64,000 nucleotides of DNA from the human T2T-CHM13v2.0 reference genome, Homo sapiens. Of this stretch, positions 24,765-41,435 are shown piece by piece (the first letter of the stretch is position 1; the number at the start of each line of letters is the position of its first letter). Below the pieces are notes generated by a model. It was not told the origin of the DNA, searched no databases, and saw only the letters and a program-made list of their open reading frames with translations. The stretch lies in assembly GCF_009914755.1 (NCBI RefSeq), contig NC_060938.1; one strand, written 5' to 3'. The translations under genes were made by a program, and so were the position numbers.

Positions 24765-26872
24765 TTTAAAATTTTAGTAACTGATTGTTCATTGCTATCC
24801 TATGGAAATACGATTGATTTTCATATATTTTGCATGTGGCTTATTAGTCCTTGTAGATTTCTGTAGATTCCATTGGGTTGTCTACATAAACAATCATGTT
24901 TTCTATGCATAAAAACGGTTTTACTCCTTCCTTTCTAATTTAATTGCCTTTTACTTCTTTTTTGCCTAATTGCACCAGGTAGGCCCTCCAGTGAAATATT
25001 GAAAAGAAGTGGTGAGAGTGGTCTTTCCTGCCTTTTTCCTGATCTTTGGGGAACACTTTCAGTCTTTCACCATTAAGTATGATATTGGCCATGAGTTCTT
25101 CATTGATGTCCTTTATCACATTGAGGAAATTCCCTTCTATCCCTGGTTTGCTGAGAGTTCGACTATTTTAAAATCAGGAAAAGAATTAGATATTACCAAA
25201 TGCTTCAGCATCTATTTATATGATCATGTGGTTTTTCTCTTTCAATTTGTTAATATAACGAATAACATTGCTTGAATATTAAACCAACCCTGCATTCCTA
25301 GGATATATCTTACTTATATTATCTTTTTTCCATATTTTTGGATTCAATCTGCTGAAATTTTGTTCAGAATTTTTGCATATATGTTCATGAGGGAATATTA
25401 GTTTGTGGTTTTCTTCTTCTTTTTTTTTTTTTGGTCTGATTTGGTATCTGGATAATGCTGGCTTCATAAATGCTATGGGAATTACTCCCCCCTTTCAGTC
25501 TTATGGAAGAGTTCGTATATATAATAATTAGTAGTATTTCTTTCCTAAATGTTTGGTACACTTTACCTTTGAAGCTGTCTGGGCCTATTTTCTTTGTGGG
25601 AAGATTTTTAACTACAAATTTAATTCCTTTAATACATAAAGGGCTATTCAGATTAGTTATTTCTTCTTGAATGAGCTTTAGTAGATTATGTCTTTGAAAT
25701 AATTTGTCCATTTTATCTAAGTTGGTGAATTTATTAGCATAAAGTAATATATAATATTCCTTTATCATTTTAATATCTGTAGAATATATAATGAGGTCAT
25801 CTGTCTCTCTCATTCCTGATATTGGTAATCTGTATCTTCTCTCTTTTTTCCTGATCAGTCTGATGAGTTTTATCAATTCCTTTAAAGAGCCAGCTGTTGG
25901 TTTTTATTGATTTTATCTTTTTTCCTGTATTATTCATGTCTGCTTTATTACCTTGTCTCTGTGCTTACTTTAGGTTTAATCCCCCCTGCTTCATATAGTT
26001 TGTTAAGACAAAAGCTGAGGTCATTAATTTAGTTTGTTTTTTTCTTTCCTGATATAGATGTTTAGTGCCATGATATTTCTCCTAAGTACTGCCTCAGTGG
26101 CATCCCACAAATTTTGATATGTTGCATTTTCATTTTTATCCATTTCTAAATACTTTCTGTTTTTCCTTTTGATTGCTTTGTTGACCCATGGGTTATTTTG
26201 AAGTATGCTATTTAGTTTCCAAATGTTTGAGTATTTTTTAGAGATTTTTTAACACTTTGCCTGGCTTGAATCCTTTAAAATTTATCGAGGAACATATTTT
26301 ATAACACAGAATATGGTTTATCTTGGTTAACGTTCTGTGTGCATTTGAAAAAAAATGTGTATTCTGCCATTGAGTGGAGTGTTCTTTAAATGTCAGTTAG
26401 GTTAGGTTGGTTGATAATGTTCAAGTCTTTCATTTTCCTATTGATTTTTTGTCTATTTGTCTTATCAATTATTGAGAGAGGTATGAAATCTCTGACTATA
26501 AGTTTTTTCATCTATTCTTGCAGTTCTATAAGCTCTTGCTTCATGTATTTTGAATATCTGGCAATATTATTTGAATAATAATGATATTATGAATAATTAT
26601 TAATATAAAATAGCTATTATTAATAGTCAAATATTATTGACTCTGAAACTTACTTTGTTAGATATTAATACAGCCACTCAAACTTGCTTTTTATTAGTAT
26701 TAGCATGGTATACCATATTCTATCTTTTATTGCTTAGCCTATTTCTGTTTGTATATTTAAAGAGCATTTCTTGTAGGCAGCATATAGTTGCTTTTTAAAA
26801 ATCCAACCCGACAAAATCTCTGACTTTCAAAATAAATGGTATGTAGATCATTTATATTTAATGTGATTATTA
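24765..26872 (-). mobile_element. Old L1 (L1M) ORF2 region: endonuclease through start of RT, decayed
   Basis: ORF 25385-25876 (EYYILLYANKFTNLDKMDK...NLPTKKIGPDSFKG) aligns by eye to L1 ORF2p; IITLNIN (endonuclease N-terminus) near 26870. Confidence 0.9.
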
Positions 26873-26926
26873 TTCTGGGATAGAGCTAAGTTACGTGAAA
26901 ACAGTGTGATCCTTTGAGATCTTACT

Positions 26927-27453
<527 letters not shown>

Positions 27454-27855
27454 TGCCAACTCCCCACATAGTCAGAAATCTGTGTATAACTTTTGGCTTT
27501 CCAAAACCTTAACTACCAATAGCCTACTGTTGACTGGAAGCCTTATTGATAACATAAACAGTCAATTAATATGTCTTTTATATGTTGCATGTATTACGTA
27601 CTTTATTCTTACAATAAAGTAAGCTAGAGAAAAGAAAGTGTTATTAAGGAAATCATAAGGAAGAGAAAATATATTAACTATTCATTAAGTGGAAGTAGAT
27701 CATCATAAAGATCTTCATTCTCATTGTCTTCATGTTGATTAAGCTGAGGAGGAGGAGGAAGAGAATGGATTGGTTTTTGTCTCAGGGGTGACAATGGAAG
27801 AAAATCCATGTATAAGTGGACTGGTGCAGTTCAAACACATGTTCAAGGGTCAACC
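27454..27855 (-). mobile_element. Tigger2a (MER28)-like TcMar element, one end deleted
   Basis: tagcctactgttgactggaagcc...cagttcaaacacatgttcaagggtcaac (TIR). Confidence 0.88.
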
Positions 27856-27891
27856 TTGTTACACAGGACTTGAGCAGTGTTTAGTCTAGGG

Positions 27892-28244
27892 CAGGGGTCC
27901 CCAGCCCCCAGGCTTTGGATCAGTAGTAGTCCATGGCCTGTTAGGAACCGGGCCGCACAGCAGGAGGTAAGTCATGGACCATTACCAATGATGGTAAGCA
28001 TTACCATCTGAGCTCTGCCTCCTGCTGGATCAGCGGCATTAGATTCTCATAGGAGCATGAACCCTATTGTGAATTGCACATGTGAGGGATCTAGGCTGTG
28101 CGCCCCTTATGAGAATCTAACGCCTGATGATATGAGGTGGAACAGTTTCATCCCAAAAGCATTTGCCCTTACTGCCCCCAGTTTGTGGCAAAAATTGTCT
28201 TCCATGAAACTGGTCCCTGATGCCAAAAATGTTGGAGACTGCTG
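27892..28244 (+). mobile_element. MER1B hAT-Charlie MITE
   Basis: caggggtcccca...ttggagactgctg with a perfect 8-bp TSD gtctaggg. Confidence 0.93.
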
Positions 28245-28810
28245 GTCTAGGGCTAATTATTCCCCACTACTGAGTATTCTCAGTAAGACACTTCAGAAAG
28301 ACCCTTCTGGGTATTCGACTCAATGTCCCACGAATTCTGGGCTTCTCTGGTCTGGCTAATGGGAACAGGCTCTATTCTCATCCCTGAGTGAGTGTTGGGT
28401 CCTGTTTCCTCTAATCCATTTGAGCAGTTCTTTCCCTAGCCTCTGTTAGTTTCCTTACTTACATGAAGACTTGAGAGGGACCCTTTGGAGATCTCCGGTG
28501 TTCTCTGTCTTCCAGGCTCTCTTCTCTCTGATCATCTGATTTGCAGACAATAGCTACCTTAGTCTCCCCAGACTCTCAGATGTCTTGTCAACTCAGGGAG
28601 TCTGCTGGGTCCCACTTGCATCAGGGCCTGGAAACTTTCTCAAGGCGGTAAGCTGGGGGTAATCTTAGGGCTTATCTCATTTGTTTCTGCTCTCTCAGGG
28701 ATCACTGGCTTTGGTGTCCATTTTCTCCTTATATATTTTCTGGTTTCCTGGTTATTTCAGTGGCAGGGTAAATCTGCTTCCCATTATTCCATCTTGGATA
28801 GAAGCAGACG
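28245..28810 (-). mobile_element. L1M (L1MC/L1M4-type) 5' UTR
   Basis: Ends cattattccatcttggatagaagcagac, resembling an old L1 5' terminus; pieces also at ~26873-26926 and 27856-27891. Confidence 0.6.
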
Positions 28811-29646
28811 CCTTAGATAACTTTTTTTTTCTTTAAAACAATACTGTTTTTTAAACTGCATTTGAGCACCTCAAAGGGGGCTTATGTTCTCAAGGTACCA
28901 CAGCACCTGACATTTCCTAGTTAATTATTTTAGCTCACTTCTTTCATTTGTGTTCCTTGCTGGCCCTTTTAGTCATTTTAATTTACAACTCTTTAAAGAC
29001 ATGAGACATAGAATAGGTAAGTTTTGGTGATGATGGGTGTGGCAGAGTGTAGACAGGAGGTTCGATGAGTGGGGATAGCAACATGATATTTTAATCTTTG
29101 TCTCCCTAATGCCTTGTAAACATACATGTTTATTAAATGAAGAAAGAAAGGATCAGGAAAATCTGAATTATTGCTTGGTTGGGCCAGTTGGTTTCTGGAC
29201 TTTTAATTTAAGTAGATATTTCTAAATGCCCTCCAAAATGCTTGTAGTAATTTATACTTCCACAAACTCTGTGTGAGATCATTACATATTTGAAAATATT
29301 GTTGCATTCTTCCATAAGTCTTTTCTCCTTCAAGTTAAACCTCTTGAACTCTGAGTAGGGCAAGTTATGGACTGAATGTTTGTGTCACCCTGAATTCATA
29401 TATTGAAGCCTGAATCCCCAGTGTGATGGTATTAGGAGGTGGGGCCTTTGGAAGTAATAAGATCAAGAGGGTGGAGCCATCATGAGTGGGATTAATGCCC
29501 TTATAAGAAGAGACATGAGAAAGATGATCTCTTTTTCTGCTATGTGAGGATACAGCAAGAAGGTGGCTTTCAAGCCAGAAAGAGAGCCCTCACCAGACAC
29601 GAAATCCACTGACACTTTGATCTTAAGCTTGTAACCTTCAGAACAG

Positions 29647-30094
29647 TGCTACTGAAATGCCAGGGGTTTGGTCTAGGTCCTGCTGCTTGCTGCACAGAAA
29701 GCCAATCACTGAGACAACAATTATTGCCAAGGAAGAAGGTTTTAATTGGGTGCTGCAGCTGAGGAGATGGGAGATCAGTCTCAAATCCATCTCCCTTACC
29801 CAGTAAAATTAGGGGTTTATATATCAGCACAGAAAAGTAACAGTGTGTAGGAAAAAAGGAACTCAGGAGGGGTAAGGAAGCAATCGTGATGAATGAGGGG
29901 CCTGGTGTCTCATTGTCCAGATGCCATGATCTGTTGAGCTTCAGTTCTTTCATACTTTTGGAGATGCCTGGGGGTCCTTTTCTGAGGAAGAAACTCAGAA
30001 AAAACAAGTGTAAGTTGCAAGCTTTAAACCAGAAAGGTCAATTTCTATGTTTATCCAAAAAAATCCTGTCTATGGGACTGTTGGGTCAGTTTCA
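29647..30094 (-). mobile_element. ERV1 MER4-group (MER66-like) solo LTR
   Basis: tg...ca ends; 4-bp TSD acag; ggtctaggtcctgctgc...agccaatcactgagac. Confidence 0.8.
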
Positions 30095-30140
30095 ACAGTG
30101 AGGAATGAATTTTTGTTGTTTGAGCTGCTCAGTCTGTGGG

Positions 30141-30445
30141 TTTTTTTTTTTTTTTTTTTTTTTTGAGACAGAGTCTCGCTCTGTCACCCAGGCTGGAGTG
30201 CAGTGGCGCGATCTTGGCTCACTGCAAGCTCCGCCTTCTGGGTTCACGCCATTCTCCTGCCTCAGCTTCCTGATTAGCTGGGACTACAGGAGCCTGCCAC
30301 CACACCTGGCTAATTTTTTGTATTTTTAGTAGAGACGGGGTTTCACCGTGTTAGCCAGGATGGTCTCGATCTCCTGACCTCGTGATCCGCCTGCCTTGGC
30401 CTCCCACAGTGCTGGGATTACAGGTGTGAGCCAGCGCGCCCGGCA
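30141..30445 (-). mobile_element. AluY
   Basis: Y diagnostics ctgcaagctccgcc, ggttcacgccattc, ccgtgttagccaggatggtctcgatc; TSD agtctgtgg. Confidence 0.95.
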
Positions 30446-30494
30446 AGTCTGTGGTATTTTTGTGATAACAGCCCCAGCCAGTGTAGACAGGTAG

Positions 30495-30963
30495 TGTAGA
30501 AGATGCTGAAGGTTTATTGCCATGTCCCCTTGGCTCACTGAGGTCACTTTAATGTAGTTCCTGGACGTGGTGTCTCCTCTCTCTGCCTTCAGAATTCTCA
30601 AGCCCGATAAGCACACCACTTACTTGTACAAGATGGAAATGCTGGGAAAATGACCTGCCAGAATGTCCTTCAACCAATGCGGGATGAGAGTTGGTGAATC
30701 AATATCCCAGCTCCCTCCTCCAGTGGGGGGACCAATCCTGCCATGTGTTTTAAACAATCTCTCAGAGGTTCCTGGGGTGGGATTGAGCCCCAGTTTTCCC
30801 ACAGTGGTGACCTGCTCCTTATCATGTCTTTAATTGGGATTCCTCCCCTCCTTGTTTTACTTCTTTAGGGCTTAACTGTGCTTCCTGGAATCATCTCCCA
30901 GATAAACTATGTGTACCAGAGTTTCTGTCTCTGGGTTGGCTTTGAAGGAGTCCAAACTAAGAG
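30495..30963 (+). mobile_element. LTR16-family (ERVL) LTR
   Basis: caaccaatgcgggatgagagttggtg...gggattgagccccagt...atcatctcccagataaacta...aaactaaga. Confidence 0.7.
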
Positions 30964-31419
30964 ATTGTTTTGGTAAGGAACTTTCCTGGGACTCAGAGCA
31001 TCTGCTATGCTGTCCCTGCCCTTCACCCCAATACAAACACCTACGTATGGTAGGGGAGGTGGCAGGAGAAGGGGCTTGGCTGGGAGGCTGGGTTGCCAGG
31101 GGGCCCCTATCCATAGAAGCCACGTTGACACCCTTTCTGTGTTTCTAAAGATGGGCAGATCTGTGCATCTTGGAGGAGGCCTGGCTGGGCACTTGCTCCT
31201 CAGGTGGCCTTGGTGTGTTCAGATACACAGGTGTTGACATTGAAGTCTGCAGTCAAGGAGAGGTGTGGTGGGACGAAGACATGCCACTGGGCTTGATTAT
31301 ATCACTTGCTGCTTGGAACAACGGTTGTCATTTCTAAGTCATAATTTAGCAGAACTTCAGTAAATCCTTTTGTGTGCAGATGTGTAGGAGAACCAACAGG
31401 TAACCTGTAAGCTCTTTGA

Positions 31420-31739
<320 letters not shown>

Positions 31740-31774
31740 TATGGGTCTTACTTTCTTAGTACCTTTTGTAATTT

Positions 31775-33157
<1,383 letters not shown>

Positions 33158-34730
33158 AGTTTATTTCTTAAAAATGTTATAATTAATAGGTAACCGAGGC
33201 CCTTCTCCATGTATTTTTATTCTAAAATCTCTGCTTCCCCCTCCCTCCACCTTCAAATTAGGCAGTTTGATCAGGTGAGTAACAGTAACTCATACTCAGG
33301 TGTGACTAACTGGTGAATTAACTTTCCCAAAAGACATTTCTATTTTAAATAAGGAGCTGAGTCAATTGAACTGACTTTCAAATTGCTGGAAGTTGGAAAA
33401 CTTGGGAAAGCCATCAGGGACCCTCTGTAAGTGGCAATGATGGCTGTTCCATACTCCTGGCTCCTGTGTCCTCATCCCACCAGTATAGGATCCCGAGAAA
33501 AACTCCTCTTGGGACGGGAAATGATTCTTCCATTTTGGACTCCATTTCTGAACATAGTAGCTGTGATGTTTATATGGGCTGGTGTCAGTTGGAAAGTAGG
33601 GAGGTTGGGCAGCATTGGGTAAAATGATTAAACTGAATTTGTCTTTTACCTTGCGATCTGTCTGTCTCCCTCCTCCTCCTTATCCTCATCCTTTCCCCTA
33701 GTCCGGGGGCCCAGTGGAAGTTACTGGATAAGAGTTGCATGGCGGTAAGACAATTTTGTGGAGTTCTACTAAGGAAGGAAACTCCATATTCATCTGGGCC
33801 CATAGTCTGTCACTAATTGGCAGTATGATTGTATAAATGTTGCTTGATCTCCCTGCCCTCAGTTTCCTGACTTTATAAAATGAGAGGGAAGGACATTAAA
33901 GACCTTAAAATGTTCAGGCTTCCAAGTCTGGCAGTTCAAGGTACTTGAGTTCTCTTGGCTGAAGGTGGGTGGGAAGGAAGTTTAAAGTCCTCCCAGATGC
34001 CTCATGCTCTTGTTCCTCAAACCTTACCCCTTGATGACCCCAGAGGGCTTAATCAGTCTCCACATCTGCTTCCACTCCCTGTCCCCTACCTCCAGTTCCC
34101 TCACTGAGGCTGAGCCTCAGTAGAGCCAGATGCAGGCATACCTCAGACATATTGTGAGTTCAATTTCATATGACCACTATGAAACTAATATTGCAGTAAA
34201 GTGAGTCACGGAAACCTTTTGGTTTTCCAGTGCATATAAAATTATGTTTACATTATACCATACTTTATTTAGTGTGCATAGCATATTTTATTAAGTGTGC
34301 AATAGCATTATGTCCAATAAACAATGTACATATCTTAATTAAAAAATACTTTATTGCCAAAGGATGCTAATGATCATCTGAGCCTTCAGAGAGTTGTAAT
34401 CTTTTTGCTGGTGGAAGGTCTTGCTTGGATATTGATGGCTGCTGACTGATCAGGGTGTTGGTTGCTGAAGGCTAGGGTGGCTGTGGCAATTTCTTAAAAT
34501 TATACAACAATAACACTTGCTGCATCAATTGACTGTTCCTGTCATGGAAGATTTCTTGGTAGCATGCAATGCTGCTTTATAGCATTTTACCCATAGTAGA
34601 ACTTTCAAAATTGAAGTCAATCCTCTCAAATCTTGCTGCTGCTTTATCAACTAAGTTTATGATTTTTATTTATGTTCTATATCCTTTGTGGTCATTTCGA
34701 CAGTGCTCACAGCATCTTCACCAGCAGTAG

Positions 34731-35052
<322 letters not shown>

Positions 35053-35489
35053 AGTAGATTCCATCTCAAGAAACTGCTCTCTTTGCTCATTCATAAGAAG
35101 CAACTCCTCATCTGTTAAAGTTTTATCATGAGATTATAGCAATTCTGTCACATCTTTGGGGTCCACTTGTAATTCTATTTCTCTTGTTATTTCTATCTCA
35201 TCTGCAGTGACTCCCTCCACTGAACCCCTCAAAGTCATCCATGAGGATTAGAACCAACTTCTTCCAAACTCCTGTCAATATTAATATTTTGACCTCCTAT
35301 GAATCACAATTGTTCTTAATAGCATCTAGAATGGTGAATCCTTTCCAAAAGGTTTTCAATTTACTTTGCCCAGGTCCATGAGAGGAATTAACAGACATGA
35401 AAACATTAATTTCCGTGTCTGCTAACACAACATCCATTCTGCAGCCCATGGATCAAGGAATAATTTTGACTTTCAGGTCTTAGTCTTTA

Positions 35490-35645
<156 letters not shown>

Positions 35646-35799
35646 TTAATTTCCTTGCACATCTCTATCAGAGCTCTTGGGTGACTAAGTGCTTTGCCAA
35701 TGAGCAGTAATATGTTGAAAGGAGTCTTTTTTTCTTAGGAGTAGATCTCAACAGTGGGCTTAAAATATTCAGTAAAACATGGTATAAACAGATGTGCTG

Positions 35800-36489
<690 letters not shown>

Positions 36490-38855
36490 TCATGAAACAA
36501 CCTCTGCTAGCATCAAACTGTTCTTCTGTAGATTCCTTACCTCTCTCAGCCTTCACAGAATTGATGAGAGTTAGGGCCTTGGTCTGGATTAGGCTTTGGC
36601 TGAAGGAAATGTTGTGGCTGGTTTGACCTATTCAGACCACTCAGCATTTTCCATATCAGCGGTAAGGCTGTTTCGCTTTCTTATTCATGTGTTCACTGGA
36701 GTAGCACCTTTGATTTCCTTCAAGAACTTTCCCTTTGCATTCACAACTTGGCTAACTGTGGTGCAAGAGGCCTGGCTTTTGGCCTATCTTGGCCCTTGAC
36801 ATGCCTTCCTCACTAAGCTTAATCATTTGTACCTTTTGATTTAAAGTGCGAGATGTATAATCTTCCTTTACTTGAACACTTAGAGGCCATTGTAGGGTTT
36901 TTAGTTAGCCTAATTTCAATATTGTTGTGTCCCAGAGAATAGGGAGGCCTGAGGAGAGGGAGAGCGATAAGGAAACAGAGAAGTCTAAACATGCAATGTT
37001 TGTCAATTAAACTTGCCACCTTCTGTGGGCATGGTTGGTGGCACCCCCAAACATTTACAAAACTAACATCAAAGATCTTTGATCACAGATTTACAAAAGT
37101 TTGAAATATTTTGATTATGATCAAAATGTAAGACAAGGAATGAGCATGCACTGTTGGAAAAATGACACAAACTTGTTCTACACAGGGTTGCCACAATTTG
37201 TAACAAACACACTATTTGTGAAGTACAATAAGCAGAGCACAAGAAAACAAGATATGCCTGTAATCCTGTGATGTGCAATAAAATCAGGTATGCCTGTAAT
37301 CATTCGTTTATGTATTTGTGAGTAGTCTACGCACTTCATTGCATTTATTAATTTGTAATTTCACTGGGCTACAATTAGTGACTGAAAGTTTCAATAAGAC
37401 TATCAATCCCATTAGTATACTTTGTGCTTGAATATTTAAAAAATCTTTTTTTAAAGAAAGAAATAATTTTATGGGGTCTTGGCTGCTGGTCTCTTCCCTC
37501 TTATTTACCTCCCGGTCTTGCAGAGATTCAGTGCTGCTGATGCTATAGCTTCAAGTTACAGAGCGTTTTTGTAACAGTGGGTTTAATAAATAAGCTGCAT
37601 CTATTTTGTTTATATGTCAGCTCTTGAGTTCCTGGGAAGCCATGAAGACAAAGAGTTGCTGCAGTTATCTGTGACTATTTCCCATAGAGGCGGGGAAGGC
37701 CGGTTCTTGGCACTGGCTATAAGGCCTTTGACACTATGAATCCTGTAGGAGAAGTAGAGTAGGAAAGTTGAGTTTTGCCTGCTCTGCTCCAGTCTTGTTG
37801 GTGTGGAATATTTCCAAGGTTAGGATTAGGATAGCAGGTACCTCTGAAAGAGAAAAGTTTTCCCCAACGTCACTGGCCAATTGGGTTTCCTGGTTTTGCT
37901 GCCTAAATCCATAGACTTTAAGCCAATGAACTCTTCTGTGCAAAACAAGGCTTTGGTCTTGTAGGAGGCAGCCCCCGTGAGTTCCTGTGGTGCCAGGATT
38001 CTGTTCCTAGATATATGCACCCATTCTCTAGAACTGAGACTCTGCTGTGGGGTCTGTCTCCAGATCTTAGGCTTGAGGGGAGAATATGCTGGTGGCCCCT
38101 CTCTGACTTCCCCAGAAAGAAGGGAGGAGGGGATGTACCTAAGGGGGCAGATTTGTGCTTAAGTGATAGCAGGACCCAAAGAATACACCCCTTCCTGGAC
38201 AGAAACAGAATGATTGCCACAAGGATGGATTATGGCTGGCATTTCAGTGGCTGAAATTTACAAATCACATTGGGAACACGAGAGATTATTATCTCCCAAC
38301 AAGTCTGGGGCAAAGTCCCTTTGACACACATGCATATAGGATGCCAGGCAAACAGCATCTCTTGTTGCTGGGTCTATAACTTCTCCCTGGATCCTCTTCA
38401 AATATTTGTTGAAGGCAGGTATTGGTGCGGCTGCAGGCCTGTGAACCATGGGGTGCTTCTGGAGATATTCTCAATGCAGAGAAACAGAGGTTATGTGAGG
38501 GCTGGGGTGTTGGTTTTTTCCCTCTGGCGGGCAAGTGGTAAAATCATCTGAAACTCTGTGTGCTGAGTAGCTTTAACCCAAGAGTTCAGAGGTTGATAGA
38601 TTCCCTGACTCCTGTTCATAGGTAGCTTCAAAAACCTCAGAGCAAACCCTCAACTGGGTCTCTGCTTAGGGATGGATGAACAGACTGTCTCCAGGGTTAA
38701 GTATCTCTTCACCCAGAGAGTAAGTACATCCTGCTGAGGTATACAGAGTTAAATAATATCAAAACAGAACTTTGCAGGGCCTTTGCTAGCAAGTGTAATG
38801 TACACATAAAGTATGTAGTATTTCCCAACCCTACCTAACCTTGATCATAAACGTC

Positions 38856-38869
38856 TTTTTCTTTCTTTC

Positions 38870-38943
<74 letters not shown>

Positions 38944-38948
38944 TTTTT
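38856..38948. repeat. (TTTC)n microsatellite
   Basis: About 22 units with one interruption (g at 38881). Confidence 0.97.
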
Positions 38949-39068
38949 AAGGAGCATCACAAGGGGTTTATATTCTGCAAACCACATCTGGAAACAGCAA
39001 TCTTGTCCACTTGGAGTGAATTAATGGTAGAGTCAAGGCTTCCTAACCCATGGGCTTTCCGCCTTCAT

Positions 39069-39222
39069 TCTTGCTACTCAAAGTGTGGCCCGTGGACCAT
39101 CAGCCTGGCCATCACCTGGGAATTGGTTAGAGGTGCAGAATCTCGGACCCCACCCTGGACCTACTGAATCAGAATCTGCATGTTAACGAGATCCCAGGTG
39201 GCAGGTTTGTACACTGAACACT
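39069..39222. mobile_element. MER5A hAT MITE
   Basis: ctactcaaagtgtggcccgtggacc...gacctactgaatcagaatctgcatgttaacgagatcccaggtg. Confidence 0.85.
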
Positions 39223-40284
39223 GACATGCCCTGCCCTGCTCCGTGTTGCTGCCTTTCTGCTTCAGAACCTTCCAGCCCCCTGGACTTAGAGGTCCAAGGT
39301 GAGAGTCTCAGGGCAGTGACAACAATTGTGCTTGGTTTGGGTTTGGATAGGGGAGATTTCTGGGCCTTCTGGTCCTATTGAGGTGGCCTCTTCTTGGCTT
39401 CCAGGTGGAAGTAATAATTTATATTAGGGAGAGAAGCCAGCTCTATAAAAAGATTCAGAAGTAATAGAAAAAATTGTGAGGCCATGGGAAAAATAAAAAG
39501 CGATATATTAAGCCCAGAAGGATGAGGTCCCTGGGCGGGTAAGCACAGACAAAATTAGAAGGAATTTTAGGCAGATTTATGCCAAGGGCTGTGCTGTATG
39601 TGGAGAGGGTGGTGGAGTGATGCCCTAAGCCCTCCACCCTCATCCCCTCTGACAGGAGCCTGGGAGAGGAGCCCAAAAGACATCTTTTTTCAGCTGAGTG
39701 TAAGAAGTCCCTGCCAGATCAGATGTTCAACTTTAAAACAAATGGAGGAAAAACGATCAAATGCAGTCAACTAGAAAAATCCGCTTTTCCTATTTCATAA
39801 AAAGCAAGAGCCCGTATGATAATCCCTCCCTTGGCACATGTTAGAGATTTCTTTATTGTCTCTTTGCTTGCAGCCAATTCTGCCACACCTAGCTGGTGGC
39901 CTCGCTGCAGCGATTCGTTTGCACCAGGTCAGCACGCCGGTTCCAATCCAGTGGGTCTAGAGCTGGATTCTAGCATTTTCCAGGGAGAAGGGCCTGCCTA
40001 CCTAGCTGTGTGGAAGGGCAGAGGAAAAGGAGGGTGAGCGGAGCACAGAGGACACATTGTTCCTTCCCTCCCCAGAAAACAGAGGTGTGGACTTCCTAAT
40101 GTAGAGAGTGGAGGTGGCTGGGTCTGTCTCCCTCCCAAGTCATGGTTGAGATGCCTTAAGTGCCAGGATTGTAACTCTCCTGCTATGACCCAGAAATAAG
40201 CACAGCGCCTGGTATTTGCCCTAGAGATGCTTAATAATTATTTGCCGAATGAACTTTGACAAAACCAAAATCATTGAGGCAGCT

Positions 40285-40480
40285 ATAGGGTAATAGTAAT
40301 AGAAAGCTCATGAGACACGCTATCAGGAGATCCGGGCTTTGGGACCAAATGTTGCTGTGTGGCTCTGGACAAGCTGTTTATCTCTCTGAAACTTAGTTTA
40401 TAACATGATGATTGCAGTGTTCATCTCCTGGAGGTGTGGGGAGGATTAAATGAGGTCGCATGTGAATGGCACATAATTAA
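40285..40480 (+). mobile_element. MIR
   Basis: gctgtgtggctctggacaag...gaggattaaatgag. Confidence 0.6.
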
Positions 40481-40699
40481 TGGGAAGGATTTAAATGTGA
40501 AAGGGGATTCCTTTCCCCCATACATTGTTATTCCCATGACACCTCCAGTTCATGCACTTACTGTAAGGAAAGGAAACAAAATTGAAGAATAAACTGTCAC
40601 TCAGATATCAAGGAGGCTTAGACGTGAAGTCTCCATAAGAATTCAGCTAAGAACTCAGAGCTGGGTGCGGGCGACTTTGGAGTCAGTCTTGGCTCCTCT

Positions 40700-41435
40700 T
40701 ACCCTCACATTCCTCATTCAATCCTTTGGCCAATCCTGATTTGGGTACTCTAATGGCCTCTTCTGCCACACCCTGATCCAAGCTACTATTATATTTCACC
40801 TGGATTCCTACAATAACCTCTTGACTGGCCTCTCTGCTTCCTATCTTGTACCATTTAAGTCTATCCTCAACACCCAGAATGATGCTGATGAAGCATAAAT
40901 CTCTTCATGTCACTCCTCTACCCAGAAACCTTCCGTGCTTTCTCATCTTATTTGGAATAAAAGCCAAAGTTCCTACAGTAGCCTCAGACATCCCCACTCC
41001 TTGATCTTGGCGTCTCTGGCCACTCCACTTCTGTTTCACTCTGCCCTAGCCACCCTGGCCTTGGAGGTCATTGACTGTGCCAGGCATGTTTATGCCTCAG
41101 GACCTTTGCACCTGCTGTCCTCTCTACTTGAAAACCTCCCTCCTCCATTGTTCCCTTACCATCTTCATATCTTTGCTTACTGTCACCTTCATGTGAGGCC
41201 TTCTCTGACATTCCTATTGAAAGTCACTCTTCCCATCTCCCACCTGATACTTCCTAGCTCCCTTTTCTATTTCTCTCCATCATACTTATGACCATGTAAT
41301 ATACCTTATATTTTACCTCTTTGTCTGTTTCCTCTACTAGGAGTTACACCCTGTGAGCATTTTGTTCGTTGCTGCATCATCCACTCCCAGCTCATTGCCC
41401 ATTACAATAGTTGAAATATTTGTTGAATAAATAAC
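40700..41435 (+). mobile_element. L2 3' region
   Basis: aataacctcttgactggcctctctgcttcc...gcctcaggacctttgcacctgctg...aaatatttgttgaataaataa. Confidence 0.8.

Larger units (their letters stand above)
29363..30489 (+). mobile_element. MLT1A-like MaLR LTR split by a MER66-like LTR and AluY
   Basis: tatggactgaatgtttgtgtc...gggcctttggaagtaat...agagagccctcaccagaca...cagccccagccagtgtagaca. Confidence 0.85.

Noticed and set aside
25385-25876. 163-aa ORF
   Set aside because: Decayed L1 ORF2 fragment surrounded by stops and frameshifts
38841-39167. Hydrophobic FLSF-repeat ORF resembling a membrane protein
   Set aside because: Translation of the (TTTC)n microsatellite running into MER5A
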